Assembly (NCBI GenBank): GCA_013239625.1
Contig: MU053379.1
Coordinates: 2,834,866-2,898,865, forward strand
Direction of reading: 5' to 3'
DNA from: Lama guanicoe
Lineage: Eukaryota
Length of the DNA stretch: 64,000 nt
Below, in pieces: positions 39,001 through 52,335 of the stretch. The notes beneath the pieces are model-generated. The model made no database searches and was not told the origin of the DNA. It saw only the letters and a list, made by a program, of their open reading frames with translations. Within the stretch, counting starts at the first letter, position 1, and the number at the start of each line of letters is the position of its first letter. A program made the translations under genes and the position numbers.

Positions 39001-42000
39001 AGAAGGAATTCTTAACAGCCAACTTGTTGTGAAAGATAAAACAAGAACCAGGAGTTAATGACAGGCTGGAGAGCTTTTCCGTCTGTACTGAGCCTTATCT
39101 TGCAAATAAATGTTCTTTATTCTTTGGTAACTGCTTGTGGGTGACTCAGATAGTCTTTCAAAACTGGACAAAAGGAATAATATAGATCTCTTGTATCCAG
39201 GGAATTCTTCTAATTAGGAGTGGCAATGAATTAGGGAAGAAATTGGATTTGATACAACATCTGCAAATGACAGCTGCCTTTTCACAAAGTTCTCAATGTC
39301 ATTCCTTTACTAAAAAAAACCCCGTAACAGTAATAATAAATCATTAAAACAGGACATATCACAGTAATCCACTTAATAACATACTTCAGTGAATTCTGGT
39401 TATTCAATATTTTCAACTATCTTTGCAAAACAAATGACTCTTTACATGCTCAAAACCGAACAACTTACTTTCCCTGAGAATTCTCCAAAGCATTTTAAAG
39501 TGTGTCACTTAGTCTCAAAGAAGTTATTTGGCTGGGGTTGAGATAAATAGCTAAGAAAATTGCACATGTGAAATAAAAGGACATTTCCAGAACTGTGGTG
39601 CAGGCAAACACACTCCCTTTACAATAAAGCCACACTAGTAAAAGGTTTCCTTCCAAACACAGGTGCGACACTGGCTCCTCTCGACCTCACACATGCACAG
39701 GCGCCTGTGGCTGGTGGGGCATCAGCCTTAACCAGCACTTGGACCACTTGCTTCAGGGGAAGGTCCTTGGCTAGCCGTCACCCCGAAGAGGGACACACAC
39801 ACACACGCACACACACCAGCTGCTGGGCCTGCAAGGGGGCCAGGAACTCCCTCAACAGCAGCCTCAGGGCAACGTAGGGAAAGGACGGACATCCAGCAAC
39901 AGGAGGACCCAGTAAGGGCCCATCCTCTTAAAGCGGCACTTAGACTCCCTGAACGGGCGTAGTGAGACTGTGGTCCCCAGTCTGCACATTCCAGGTCCAC
40001 GTCTGGACCTGAAGTTAAAGTCCAAAGAAATTGAGAGACTTGCCCAGAACAGCCCCTCCCCCAGCTGTGACAGCACAGGGACTTAAGGGGCCCTGATGTC
40101 TACCAGACCGAGGAGGGAGAGCTGGGAGGACAGGAAAAAGCTGTCCATTTACAAAACTGACACTCTGGCTGGGGCGCCAAAGGGGACCCTTCCCCAAAGC
40201 CTCCTCTGGCCTGAACCACTGCTGGTCAACGCTGCTTCGGCACGTCCACCCTCTGGTCAGAGAGTCACTGGCCAGTCACTACCATGCCTAGAGATAAATA
40301 TGACAAAAACGCTAACACCGACCTTCACGAAATTTGTAAAAGCAAATAAATACTGTTTTCAGTTACGGGAAAAAGGAAAGCCACACGGGGACCTCCTGCA
40401 ACTCAGAAGCTTTAGGACTCACTTTTCTTTAGGACAAACGGCACATCTGAAAAAACCCTTCAGGTCACCTGTGTTCTGCTCTGTGGGTAAGTCTTCCCCG
40501 ACGGCCAGCTTAGCGACATGCGTAGGAAAAACCCGAACACGACAAGAGAGCATTTCTTTTCTGGGACCCAAGACCGTCGTCGATGTTTGGGGAGATGGAA
40601 TTACCTTGAAAGCAATTTAACAATGAAAGTGTGTTGCTAAAGACACTGGTTTTATTTATTTACTTACTTACTTTATTTATTTATTTATTTACTTACTTTA
40701 TTTTTCAAAAAGTGCAAAAGAAAGCCCCAGAAGGAGCGGGCCCTCCCAGGCGCGAGGGTTTTACGTGTTTGCGGGGACACACTCTCACCCCCTCCGTGTA
40801 CCACCTCGCACAGGCCGTGTTATTAAAAGGAGGCGGATTCTGCCAGGCACATAATTTGTATATTCAAGGGAGATGTACGGGTGAAAAAGCGAAATATGTT
40901 AAATTTCAAAGGACTCAGAAGCAGAGCTGCCTGTGAGCTTACGTTACAAATAGCCCCACATTGTCACCACGCCACTAATGAGGCCGAGGGGATAAAAGGA
41001 CAAGTTGAATATGCATGACTGTATCCAGCGAGCGGGACTTCTGTGCACTGATGAGGTTTTTTTCCCCTCCTAAAAAAGGAGTAGAATTATTCTTAGAGAA
41101 GCATGGCTCCCCAGAGGCCAGGAAAGTGCACCCGGAGCGCAGCGCCGCGCCACGTCCGGGTGACGTGAATACCCAGGTGCTGGAAGAAGGCCTCTGACAC
41201 TACCTGTCGTCCTTGAAACTTGTGCACATCCTGTCCCCCCGAAAGGAATACTCCTCAACTTCGAGCAGCGGTGTCATGACAACTTCTAAACCAAAAAAAA
41301 CGATTTTGGTTGAGATCCCTAGAAGCAGGCAAGGTCAAATAAACCTTCTGAGGACAAAGCCTTCACTCCCATGGTAAGGAGCGCTAGTTAAAAGACTGGG
41401 GAATGGGTAAATTATTGCACCAAATGGCTGAGAATTAATCTCTGCTGACTGGCTGTAATCTAACGAGGCGTCTGTGTCCCCGGGAGCCCGCGGCGTGTCC
41501 CTGGCGGTATGTGCAGTGTGTCGAGTCTGCGTGACACCCTTTGTCCTCGCTCCCAGGCGGCCTTTCCCCTCATTGTCCATAATATCCTCATGCATCTGGG
41601 ACGCGTGGAATGCATTCATACTAACAGACTTACCATTGTTTTCGCTCAGAAGCTTTGTTGAGCAAAGACTGCATCATGGTTACTGATAATTATATTGCTT
41701 AATTAATCAAGACAAAAAAATTTGCAAATCATTGCCTGGTTGCCAAGCAAGGAGATAAAAAATGACAACAATACAAGCTGAAGCAATATCACAAAAGTAA
41801 CAGCTATCTGATCAGAAATTCTTATATAATGAAGCTATTAATGCTAAATCGGTTAATGTTAACATTGCTCCAGGTGTCTCTACTTAGAGGCAAACAAAAA
41901 GGCTAACATTATGGATATAAAAGGCCAAATGTTGCCATGGATTCTGTAACCTGATAGAGAGGACAGCCTTTTCATTTGATTAGGGAATGCAATTTAAATA

Positions 42001-42854
42001 CCAGGGACCGAAGCCAAACAAACAGACTTTCCCTCCACAGGCCTCTTGCATTCACCCTGGGGTCAGTGGTTGGGGAACGAAAGGTCAGCCGCACTTGCCC
42101 TGGAAATGTCTGGATTAATTTTATTACGTTGTAATGGTTTGTACTTTAAATGTGGGGATGACACTAAATTTCCAGTTGGCCGTCATTCTCCTCTTCCCTT
42201 TGGCTTTTTGAATTGAAATATTAAGAAAGCGATTTGCTCAGTTCATCTCGTCAGAATTTATGGCCAAATTTATAAAGCTTACATTTTTTTTAAGGAGTTT
42301 TAAAAGGCATGTTAATACTTATTTTCATGCATAAGTAGAATACCTTTTTAAAAATCACTCTGATGCTAGAAAATGACGTTCTTAATCTCCTATAAAAATA
42401 AAGGTGACTTTTTAGGACATTACATGACATTTTAGAGGGCCATGTTGAAATGAACTAATAAAGCCAGTTAATCCATGCTAAATATTAAAGAAACACACTT
42501 TCCAGCTTTGAAAGCTATGGGATACTAAATTCATTGGTTATCTAATATTAAAGTTTTCAATCTAATTCTTGTTAAAGTACTATTCTTCATGGACACACAC
42601 AAACATTATCAGCACTAAAAGCCATCTGCTTATACGAAAGTGAAAACTTTGCAGATGCAGAGACTTGAATTAAAGATAACACAAAGATTTGACACGAAGA
42701 ACTTCTGGCATCTTTGCTCCCTGAATAGAAAAGAGTTTCCTAATGGCAGTTGTCTCACCAGCCAGACTGGGGCTTTCCTGAATTCAGGAGTTGACCCACA
42801 CTGTCATTATTTATTCCATTTTCATGGTAGTAACTATAACAAAAAACAACAGCA

Positions 42855-42897
<43 letters not shown>

Positions 42898-42907
42898 CGA
42901 CGATGAT
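42855..42907. repeat. (GAT)n trinucleotide microsatellite
   Basis: Seen directly, with GAC interruptions near the end. Confidence 0.97.
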
Positions 42908-42919
42908 AAAAACCCCTTC

Positions 42920-42995
42920 AACAGCTTTGACTCTGGGCCAGGCACTGTTTGAAACAACTTTCCATTTCTTAGCTCATTTAATCCTCACAACTTTG
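42920..42995. mobile_element. MIR fragment
   Basis: gccaggcactgttt...ctcatttaatcctcacaac resembles MIR. Confidence 0.65.
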
Positions 42996-43068
42996 ACACT
43001 TTAGATTGGGTTATAAACCCCAGGAAATCGTTACCTATTATTTTAAAGACTAAAAATAGAGAGTATTT

Positions 43069-43207
43069 GGGGGGAAGGTGTAGCTCAAGTGGTAGAGTGC
43101 ATGGTCAGTATGCACGAGGTCCTGGGTTCAATCCCCAGTGCCTCCTCCAAATAAAAGTAAATAAATAAACCTAATTACCTGCCCCTCATAAAAAAAAAAG
43201 AAAAAAT
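43069..43207 (+). mobile_element. tRNA-derived SINE (camelid Vic-1-like)
   Basis: A box tagctcaagtgg, B box ggttcaatcc, A-rich tail. TSD agagtattt at 43060-43068 and 43208-43216. Confidence 0.9.
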
Positions 43208-43779
43208 AGAGTATTTAGAAGGGTAACTTTTAGCTCCTTCAGGAGGACAATTTGGAATGAAAATGAAGGTGGTATTTAATATCAAGCTGAAGCACGGTCA
43301 TTTTCTCGAGGAGCAGGGACTTAATACACCAAATGTTTAATTAAAACATTACACAGAAAGAAAGTCCTGCATTAATAATTCCAAAACAAAAACAGGCTGC
43401 TGTATAAAGCACGGCTAAACTACCCTAAAGGCACAAGGCTGGAAACGGAAGCCAACCGGGCACCCGGCACATGGCCCCGGGTCCTCCCAGCCGTCCCCTC
43501 GAGCAGTACCAGCCGACGTGGCTGGGCTGGCCACGACAAGGTGCTCCCGTCGCTAAAACCCTCGCACGGGCTGTGCCGCGGAGGCCTGGCCTCTTCACAG
43601 ACTTGCCCACGGCCCCTCCGGACCGACCCCCGCCAGCAGCAGAGGCCCGGCGCACGGCACCTGCCTGCACCTCAAGGCTGGGGCCCAGCCCCACAGCAGC
43701 CCCAGTGGCACCTGGCTGTGGTAACGGGCTCCTCCAACAGCTACTACTATTGATCAATAGGCCCCGAACTTTAAATTAC

Positions 43780-44100
43780 AGTTGGGGGTTTGGGATTTGC
43801 AGATGCTCACTACTGTATAAGGAACAGATAAACGACAAGGTCCTACTGTACAGCACAGGGAACTAGATTCAGTTCCTTGTAAGAGCATATAATGACAAAG
43901 AATATGAACTGGAGTACGTGCATGTATGTGTATGTGTATATGTACATACGTATATATATATATAACTGAATCACTATGCTGTACACCAGATACTAACACA
44001 TTACAAATCGACTAAACTTCAATTAAAAAAATAAACAAAACAAAAATAAAAACTTTTTAAAAATTACCATTTTTAATTACAAAATTTAAAAAATTAAAAC
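43780..44100 (+). mobile_element. LINE-1 3'UTR fragment with A/T-rich tail
   Basis: gggtttgggatttgcagatgc...aaggtcctactgtacagcacagggaacta...cttcaattaaaaaaa. Confidence 0.88.
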
Positions 44101-44334
44101 CCTTTTCTAAAATCATAAACGTCTATCATTTTCAGAGTCCCAGAAATAAAAGATAGAATTCTGTGCCCATGATGATTCTTTGAAAATCCCAATTCCTATT
44201 TAACTCCTGCACAGCGCGTGTGACTCAGATACAGGACGAGGGCCCCCCCAAACGTGTTCACGCCACTGGTTTCAGCTGCGGTGGATCACGACAAGCGCCG
44301 GCCGAGCCAGAGGGCGACAGCGCTGAGGACGTAC

Positions 44335-44493
44335 CTCGGGCTTCTTGGTGATGGCGATGAAGAACATGCGGTTCTTCATCGGGTAGATGATGATGGAGAC
44401 GTCCCCGAAGGCGGTCGGGATGATGCCCCTGCGGTAGTCCCGGGAGTGCTCAGACCACACGATGTGGACCTCGTCGTTCCCCAAGTGCCGGAG
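44335..44493 (-). CDS. RALGAPA2: RALGAPA2 coding exon, 159 nt ([16 protein letters not shown]...ITKKPE), with the catalytic Asn-thumb motif
   Basis: Acceptor ttgcag|CTCCGG, donor CGAG|gtacgt. RHLGND motif with Asn codon AAC at 44476-44478. Confidence 0.97.
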
Positions 44494-45743
44494 CTGCAAC
44501 GGCAAATCGGCTCTTTGTTAATCAGAGAGAGGACAGCGGTCATGGGGGGCCGTGGCTCGCAAACTGAACTATTATATTCAGAGGCAAAAATAATTCACCA
44601 CCAAGAAAGGCTGCAACACTGATGCCTGTGAAAGAGGAGGATGTGGAAAACACGGCACCCCTTCCGTGGGACCCGCGGGTGTCCAGAGGCGCACGTCAGC
44701 ATCGCAGGTACCCCGCGGCCGGAGGGGGTCGGGGCCTGCTCCGGGGTGTTTTTAACATTTAATTCACTTCTGCAGCCCAGCCTCGTGCTTTATACTGCTG
44801 AGCACGTCTCTAACAATTAACGGTATGCGTCTTTTATTCCATATTAAGTAGAGCATCATAAGACTCTTAATTCAATGGTTATTAAGAAAGAAGATGAGAA
44901 TAGAATAGAAGCCGCTATAACGCAGCTGTTACCAAATGTATAAAAACCAAACTTACGACCACCTTTAAGAAAAAGCATGCATAAAATTACTTTTGTCTAC
45001 TGACAGAAATTACTTTAGGAAACTAACAGTGAGCACTTGCTCTGAGCATCAAGAGAGCCTCATTACATAGAAAGTACGTTCACACACATGTCGTTTACTC
45101 TCCCCACTGACTCTGTGAGACAGCCATGGTATCCTTAGGTCACTCATTGTGGGGGGGGGGTGCTCTGGAAGGCAAGGCGCCCCCAGCCCCAGCACAGCGG
45201 CAGCGTGAGGCCAGGCAGCTCGGCTGGGTTTGCAGTCCTGGCCACCCCCACTGCCCACGGCCACCTGCTGCTCTCAGAGTGACTGTCCCGTCCCAGCTCA
45301 ACCCCTTCAGCCCGCCTGTGTGAGGCTTTAGACACAAAAAGGCCATACCGTCCAAGACCAATCAGAGACTCCTGGCCTCTCTAAGGAGGGCTTCGCATGC
45401 CTCCCAGGAAGGGACCCCAAGGGCGCTCTTCAGGGCCAAGCCTGGTCTGATGCAAGGACATCCCTGACTTGACCCCTGCACAGCTGTGATGACTGTGCAT
45501 CCGGGGCTAGAGAAAGTGCGTGGGGGGCCATCTGAGCAGGCCGGAGACTGTGACCAATGCAAACTAGGCTATAAAGGTTAAAATGCTGAAGTCTCTGAAC
45601 CACAGAGGCTACTGAGGGTGTGAGCCTTGGGTCCTGTGACTCACGGCAGGAAGGGTCACTATCGACACTGTGAAAAAGTGTCTTAACTTCCGAGCTCACT
45701 TAACAGATGAGCCCTAAGACAGACCAAATTCAGACGCACTTTA

Positions 45744-46280
45744 CAATAGCCAAGGCATAGAAACAGCCTAAATATCCATCAACAGATGACTGGATAAAGA
45801 AGCTGTGGTATATTTATACAATGGTATATTATTCAGCCATAAAAACTGACAATATAATGCCATTTGCAGCAACATGGATGTCTCTGGAGAATGTCATTCT
45901 AAGTGAAGTAAGTCAGAAAGAGAAAGAAAAATACCATATGAGATCGCTCATATGTGGAATTTAAAAAAAAAAAGAACACAAATACAAAACAGAAACAGAC
46001 TCATAGACATACTTGTGGTTGTCAAGGGGGTAGGGGATGGGAAGGGACAGACTGGGATTTCAAAACTTGTAGATACTGACAGACATACGCAGAATAGATA
46101 AACAAGATTATACTGTATAGCACAGAGAAATATATACAAGATCTTGTGGTAGCTCACAGCAAAAAAAAATGTGACAATGAATATATGTAGGTTCATGTAT
46201 AACTGCAAAATTGTGCTCTACACTGGAATCTGACACAACATTGTAAAATGACTATGACTCAATAAAAAAATGTTAAAAAA
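45744..46280 (+). mobile_element. 5'-truncated LINE-1 with 14-bp TSD
   Basis: L1 3' sequence ending ctcaataaaaaaatgttaaaaaa. TSD tcagacgcacttta (45730-45743) and tcagatgcacttta (46281-46294). Confidence 0.92.
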
Positions 46281-49200
46281 TCAGATGCACTTTAAGAAAA
46301 GCCATGTTGTTCCAGTTTTGTCTTAAGATATAAAAAAGGCTGTTCTGAAATACTGTGTATTTAAAACACGTTACTATAAATATACAGACTTTCTGACCAC
46401 AAAGGGGACGCCTGAGGTGACCCCACAGGCCTCCTTTCCATTTACAAGGTCACAAGGGAAGCGGGTTTGCTGCAGGGCTTGCTTGCTCTTCGCTCTCACT
46501 CTCCTGGGGACGACCGTACAAGTTGAGATCTGCACCCGCATCTCTGCATCGGCAGTGAAGGGAGGCCACATTCAGGTGGCCCCGATGGGAGGGCGCCCGA
46601 TTCAGCCGCGTGGGAACGTGGGCTGCGGGAGAGACACCCCTGCGGGCGCTGAGCACAAGTCAGGATGATGCAGCCAAACTCAGCCGCGTCTAGGACTTTC
46701 TAAATGTCAGATCGCCCAGCACGCGGTTTTCCCCTTCTCCTCCCCTCCCACATGTAGACTGACCTGTGGCCGAATGGTTAGACACATCGTTCTAAAAAAG
46801 CACTGGGCGCTCAGAGCAGCACTAAGCAGCCCTCTTTCATTTCTGTTTTTCTTTCCTTTCTCCTTTTCAGTGAAGCAAGCCCGGACCTCACGGTACCCCT
46901 GAAACCCAGTCCTCTGGGAGTAAAATTGTGGCAGCAGCCCACCAGCGGCACGTTCACGGCGTGTTTTCGACGGAAGCAGGAATACTTTCAAATGGAAACT
47001 TCGGGAGGAATTTAGAGCTGCGGGAGGTAATGGTGAGAGCTGGGGCCTCCGGAACTCACACCCCACCCCCGGTCCCACAGAGACAGCCAACCTCCTGGGT
47101 CGTTTTGCGCCCCTCGATGCAACACTGGCACAACTTCTGTACAGACACAACACACCCGGGGAACAGCCTTCCAATGCGGTGTTCCTCCAGCTGCCAGCAC
47201 CGAGGACTTGTGACAGCTCCTCTCCATCCAGACGGGTAAGCGGCAAGGCGTTAGCTCTGAGGTGATACAGTGATCCTTGAAAGTCTGCAGTGACTCTTCC
47301 TTTCCTAAATTATGTTACTCAATGACAACCCCGGGAAGCCTCTCCTAACTCTGCAGCTGTGTTCTCAGGACCACGGCAGGGGAGGACGGCATCCCACTAA
47401 CAGACCGCCTCCCAGGCGGCGGCTCTGTAAGTAGCAGCAACACAATGTTCAGTGTCACGTGCTTCAGACCTCGGGACGCGCCACACTTTAATTAGCCAAC
47501 TCACAGAACTAAGAGCTAAGGCCACAGGACCGACTGGTTGATAAATCCGGAGCATGGAGCAAAGAGCAAGAACACACCCACTCCTGCCCACGACCAGGAC
47601 ACAAGAAGGTTAAAACAAATAAAATCAACCTGGTCATGTTGTCGGCCATGGCAGAACAGAAGGGGATAGTGGGGAAGCAGCAAAGGGGATTTCGTTACAG
47701 AGAATTTTGATTCCAGGCCCTCAGATTAGAAATGCGTGCGCACGAGTCAGGGAGGAGTCTCGTCCTGGAAAGGGGCCGCCCCTCAAGCCAGCCACTGCTT
47801 CTGTGGCCCTAGAGGCTCAGCACAAATGCTCGGTGCTGAAGCCTTAAGAAATCAACCCAGGTCCTCCCGCTTCTCGTCCTGGCGCGTCCTGAGTCCCTCT
47901 GCCGGCCCACTCTGCCCGCTGCTGCCAGGCGGCGCGCGCTGGTGACACTGGTCACGGTCCACACCTAATGGGCTGACCTCCTTTCCAGACTAATTGCATT
48001 ACATCGCCAGCTGGCTCCAGAAGGAGTCGTCTGTTTGATTGAAGAAGTCCTGCTCCTCAGTGGGCCCTGCTGCTACTTTTACTAAGTAACAGTCAGGCCT
48101 GACATCCCCATTGTTCAGCTGACAGTGTGCCCATCCTAAAATCTAAGTTTTATTTGTAAATTAACCAGGAAACTTCCTGCCAGAGCAGCGCTGCCTGGAG
48201 ACTGATAATGTGGGCCTTTCATCCTTCCCACTCGTCCTGTATGGCTGCCAATTTGTTTTTTATGCGGCTGGCCAGCCTGAGGCTATAAAAGCCTTGTAAG
48301 ACATCAGTGCAATTATAGTCCTGGAGTCAAATGAATTGGACAAATCCAATAGCACAGCCCTGTCCCCACTCTGCAAACCCCTACAGCAGTTAGATTAGCT
48401 GTGAAAAATCTAATCTAGCCAGAGCTAACACATTTCTGCAGTGAAGGAGCAAGAGTTCAGTGTGGGGTTGCACCCGGGTTGCGGGGCTGAAAAAGCGTCC
48501 CCAGGACAGCGGCAGAGGAGAGCATGAATCACCGCAGAACCCTGCAGCTCGTTTTTAAGCTGTTAGGGACAATTTAGTTAGAACAAGACAAGGAACTGTG
48601 GGCCCCTGCTCCCGTGACTGATTTTCAGTCTCGCTGTGAGACACTGACAGAGAGAGTTTGTCACTAATGATGCTAAATCTTGGAGCTGCAAAAGGTATCA
48701 GCTGAATTTTGATTGTTCCAGTAGGGAACCTTTCAACCAGGCCAGGTCTTGGAACAGTATTTATAACATGGTGTTTTTATCAAGAAAACCCTAGGTCTTT
48801 TCTCAAAAAAAAAAAAAAAAGCACCATCCTACTTAGTAAATACTAAAAAAAAATTAAAATAGAAGCCCATCTTGTAACAAAATAGTTTGCATGGATAAGA
48901 AAATCACAGAGCAAGCTGACACATTTGCAGAGTAGCACCGATTTATAGGGTCCGGCAAATAAAAAGGAGCCTCGCCTGGGGTCTCGATAATCTGAGACAG
49001 AATCGCTGTGGGCAGGTCCCCGTCGCTGAGAACACCGCCACCACCAAAACCCGAGATGTGGCCGCAGCTCCTCTAGGAGCCAGCACATGGCCGGGGTGGA
49101 CAGTCAGCCGCGCTCCGCGTGCCCTGAGACACCTGGTCACGGTGAGGGGGGTCTGGGCTGTGCTGGGACCTGAGTGCCGAGGTCCATGGGCACCGCTGCC

Positions 49201-50159
49201 CGCCACGTACATGGTTCCGATGTCTGCAGCCGCGGTGAAGAGAAAGCAGGGCCACGGAGGAGAGAGATGAGGCAGGCAAAGCGAGGCCCGCCTGCCAGCA
49301 TCTGTTGGTGCCTGGTGGGCCGGGAGAGTAGATGCAGCCAGACTTGCAGGGGGCGGCGAAGGCGGATGGTGGGAGATCTTCTCTGGCTCTGCGCTAAGCA
49401 GTTTTACTCCACGGCCCGTGGGCCATGTGTTTGATCTCATTTGACAGGTGGGAAAGCGGAAGCACCTGGATACACCTGTGAACCCTGCCCACCACCACCA
49501 CACTGGACCCCCGCCCGCCAGCCTCAGTCGGCATCAGTGGCCTGATGCCCCCACCAGGCGCTACCCTCAGCTGCCTGCATCCGTGGAGGAGGAGAAGTGG
49601 GGTGAGGCCGGGGTGCCAGGCTCTGCCCTACTGGCAGGCTAGTCACCAACGTTCTCATCCGGCAATGTGGACATGGGTCAGGTTTCTAGACCTCCTTCCC
49701 AGACCACATCCTTCTCCTGGGGGGTGCCCCTCACTCTACCAGGTCACCTCAGGTGGACATCCTGCAGGTGGAACAGCACAGGGGACCCTGTAGAGCTCCC
49801 TCAGAGGCGGGGTTTCCTTTGAGCTCTAGAGAAAACTGCCCTCCAGACCACAGGGATGGAGAACACAGTGGGTGCCCGAGGGGGCCTGCCGGGCAGCAGT
49901 GCACCTGGACACTGGACAATCGTCTCCCCAGCTGCCCCCTGGCTGCCCTGGGAGGTGCCCAGCGTCTGGACGGCTCAGGACCTCAGCCAAGCCGAGAGGC
50001 CAACAGCATTAACTTCCTCGTGAAAGAGCGTCTGAAATTAACAATGTTTAAAATCCCTCCTTTGCCTAAATCTTTTTTTTTTTAATTAACTTTGGAAAGT
50101 GGACCTTAGGCTGGAGACAGGTGGGGAGACTACTGTGGTTTTTTTTTTTCTTTTTTGGC

Positions 50160-50345
50160 AAGTTTCTTCTGTGTAGCACAGGGAACTGTATTCAATACCT
50201 TGTAATAACCTTTAATGACTTTCAAAGAAAAATAACCTTTAATGAAAAAGAATAAGAAAAGGAATGCATGTGTGTATATGCATGACGGGGACACTGTGCT
50301 GTACACGAGAAACTGACACAATATTGTAAACTGACTGCACTTTTC
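50160..50345 (+). mobile_element. Short LINE-1 3'UTR fragment
   Basis: tagcacagggaactgtattcaataccttgtaataacc...attgtaaactgactgcact. Confidence 0.82.
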
Positions 50346-50382
50346 CTAAATCTTGATCTCAGGATTTAAGGCTTAAACGACT

Positions 50383-50482
50383 GGGGGGAGGGTATAGCAC
50401 AGCAGTGAGGCGCATGCTTAACGCGCAGGAGGTCCCGGGTTCAATTCCCAGTATCTCCATTAAAAAAATTTTTTTTAAAAAA
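50383..50482 (+). mobile_element. tRNA-derived SINE (camelid Vic-1-like)
   Basis: ggggggagggtatagc...gaggtcccgggttcaattcccagtatctcc plus A/T tail. gact on both flanks. Confidence 0.88.
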
Positions 50483-50701
50483 GACTCAAATGATCGATGG
50501 CTTGTCACATATTTCTTTACCCAGTTTGTGCAACACTGGACACTGCAGATCAACTACAGCTGCAGCTTAAGGAGAGCAACCCCAAGGCTGTGTCCGGAGG
50601 AAAGCGGTCTCCGCACGGGTCGCACCACGGCTTTCAATCTGTCCTAAGGGAGCCTCCCCTCCAACCTGGGCAGCAAGAAGGGTCCCCAGGGAGGCCCTTA
50701 C

Positions 50702-50857
50702 CTTTTTGGTGAGCGAGTCATCCGAGTCGGAGGGCATCCGAGTGGAAACGTGGAAGATCACCTCCACGGTCGAGGTAGCGTAGTAGGGGGCCGTCTGGCC
50801 GGTGCTGCCGTTGCGCTGCAGGCCGCCCATGAAGCCGCAGTGGGTGGACAGGTCCAC
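50702..50857 (-). CDS. RALGAPA2: RALGAPA2 coding exon, 156 nt ([13 protein letters not shown]...[21 protein letters not shown])
   Basis: Acceptor cgtcag|GTGGAC, donor AAAG|gtaagg. Contains the Rap[11 protein letters not shown] motif. Confidence 0.97.
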
Positions 50858-51109
50858 CTGACGGGACACAGCAGGGGGAGGGCGGTCAGGCTCGAGCTCG
50901 TCTCACTCACCATAAGGAAGGTACGCTTTTTTTTTTAAGAATCTAAGTATTTTAATTTTCATAGCTTTATGATTACAAACAGATGTAATACAAAATTAGA
51001 TGAAATTAAAATATGAAAGAAACATTAACAACGAAAGGGCCAAAATCCTACCAATTTAAGAAAACTGCTATCAAAAGTTTGGTACAAATTTCTCCAACTT
51101 TACCCCCTC

Positions 51110-51112
<3 letters not shown>

Positions 51113-51150
<38 letters not shown>

Positions 51151-51164
51151 CATGCGCACACACA
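51113..51164. repeat. (TG)n microsatellite running into an alternating purine-pyrimidine tract
   Basis: (TG)n then cgcgcacatgcgcacacaca, seen directly. Confidence 0.95.
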
Positions 51165-51236
51165 GAACTTCCCTACTGATGGATGTGTGGGGTTTTCTGC
51201 TTTCTCAAACAGTGCTCGTGTGGTCAAACCATATGG

Positions 51237-51320
51237 TACCACCATTAAAGAAAAATAAATAAATAAAAACCTAATTCCCCCTCATTTTAAACAATTTTAA
51301 AAATTAAAAAAATTTTAAAA
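51237..51320 (+). mobile_element. 5'-truncated SINE tail
   Basis: aaataaataaaaacctaattccccctc closely matches the tail of the SINE at 43069 (aaataaataaacctaattacctgcccctc). Confidence 0.6.
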
Positions 51321-52211
51321 TATGTTAGTTGAATAAGCAGTATATTCTATGACAAATAAGTCATCCTATTAGTAAGAAGAACAGTTTATTAAAAGTGCAA
51401 TAACTTTTAGACTAAAGCTACTTGCATTTTAGAGAGTACATGGTCTTGACCTTGCTGGCCCCGCACCCTGTTCCCATCCCCACAGCAGTCTGTTTGCTCA
51501 CACTCAGCCCTCAGAGAGAAGTCTCACTTAGGTGCCCAGAGAGTCTCCCCAGCACAGACAACCAAGAAACCAAAACAACAGGAATGAGAAGAACAAGACT
51601 GCAGATGTGCTGATTTCCATTTTAGCTACTCCGAATTCTTATAGATTCCAGGAATATGTTTTGGAGACAAATATGTGTGTGTGTGTATGTATAAATGTAT
51701 ACATGTCTTTCTGCCAGAGTATCATTCAATAAAGGAAAAATAAAATTTTAACATATCAGCCATCCTGGGATCTAGGGACACAGGTTGATAGCCAAACCAG
51801 CATGGCTACTATTGAGTCAACTTTGGGCCTCATCTAACTTCCTTTTTTCACCCGTTAAGTCATCGGTTTCTTAGCCAGTCTCCATACTGTGACCAAAGCC
51901 ATTTCTTCCTTGCCCATATCTGTCTTCCCTCAGTACAGACTGTCTATGGCTGGTGAGTCGACCTATTTGGTTCGGATAAAAAGCAAATGAAACAATATAA
52001 AGAGGAAAGCTAAGGAGAAACAAAAGTTTAGGTATAAAGTACGACAATAACTAATCGAAGATGTCAAATTCAGCCTATTCTTCAACTCCAGAACTCTACC
52101 CACACCACACTGGAACGTGAAAACACGTGAAAACGTGTGCCATCAACACCTGGTTCACACCCATCCTTAAACGGCGCTGTCAACAGACTCCTCCAGAATG
52201 CAACCGATTAC

Positions 52212-52335
52212 CTCCCATCCAAGGCCGGCAACGAAGTCTTCATAAGCTTGGCTTCCTCTTTCATTGGAGAGGATGGAACACTTGTCCTCCTGACCTTCAG
52301 CGATGTAGAACACTGCGATTTTGTGCGTTTCACGG
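52212..52335 (-). CDS. RALGAPA2: RALGAPA2 coding exon, 124 nt ([41 protein letters not shown]), start of RapGAP domain
   Basis: Not in the ORF track; translated by hand with no stop. Acceptor tttacag|CCGT, donor GGGAG|gtaatc. HKIAVFY and F..GLGW are RapGAP/tuberin-family motifs. Confidence 0.96.

Noticed and set aside
43069..43150. tRNA-like sequence, also at 50383-50458
   Set aside because: A-rich tail, target-site duplication and degenerate stems indicate SINEs, not tRNA genes.
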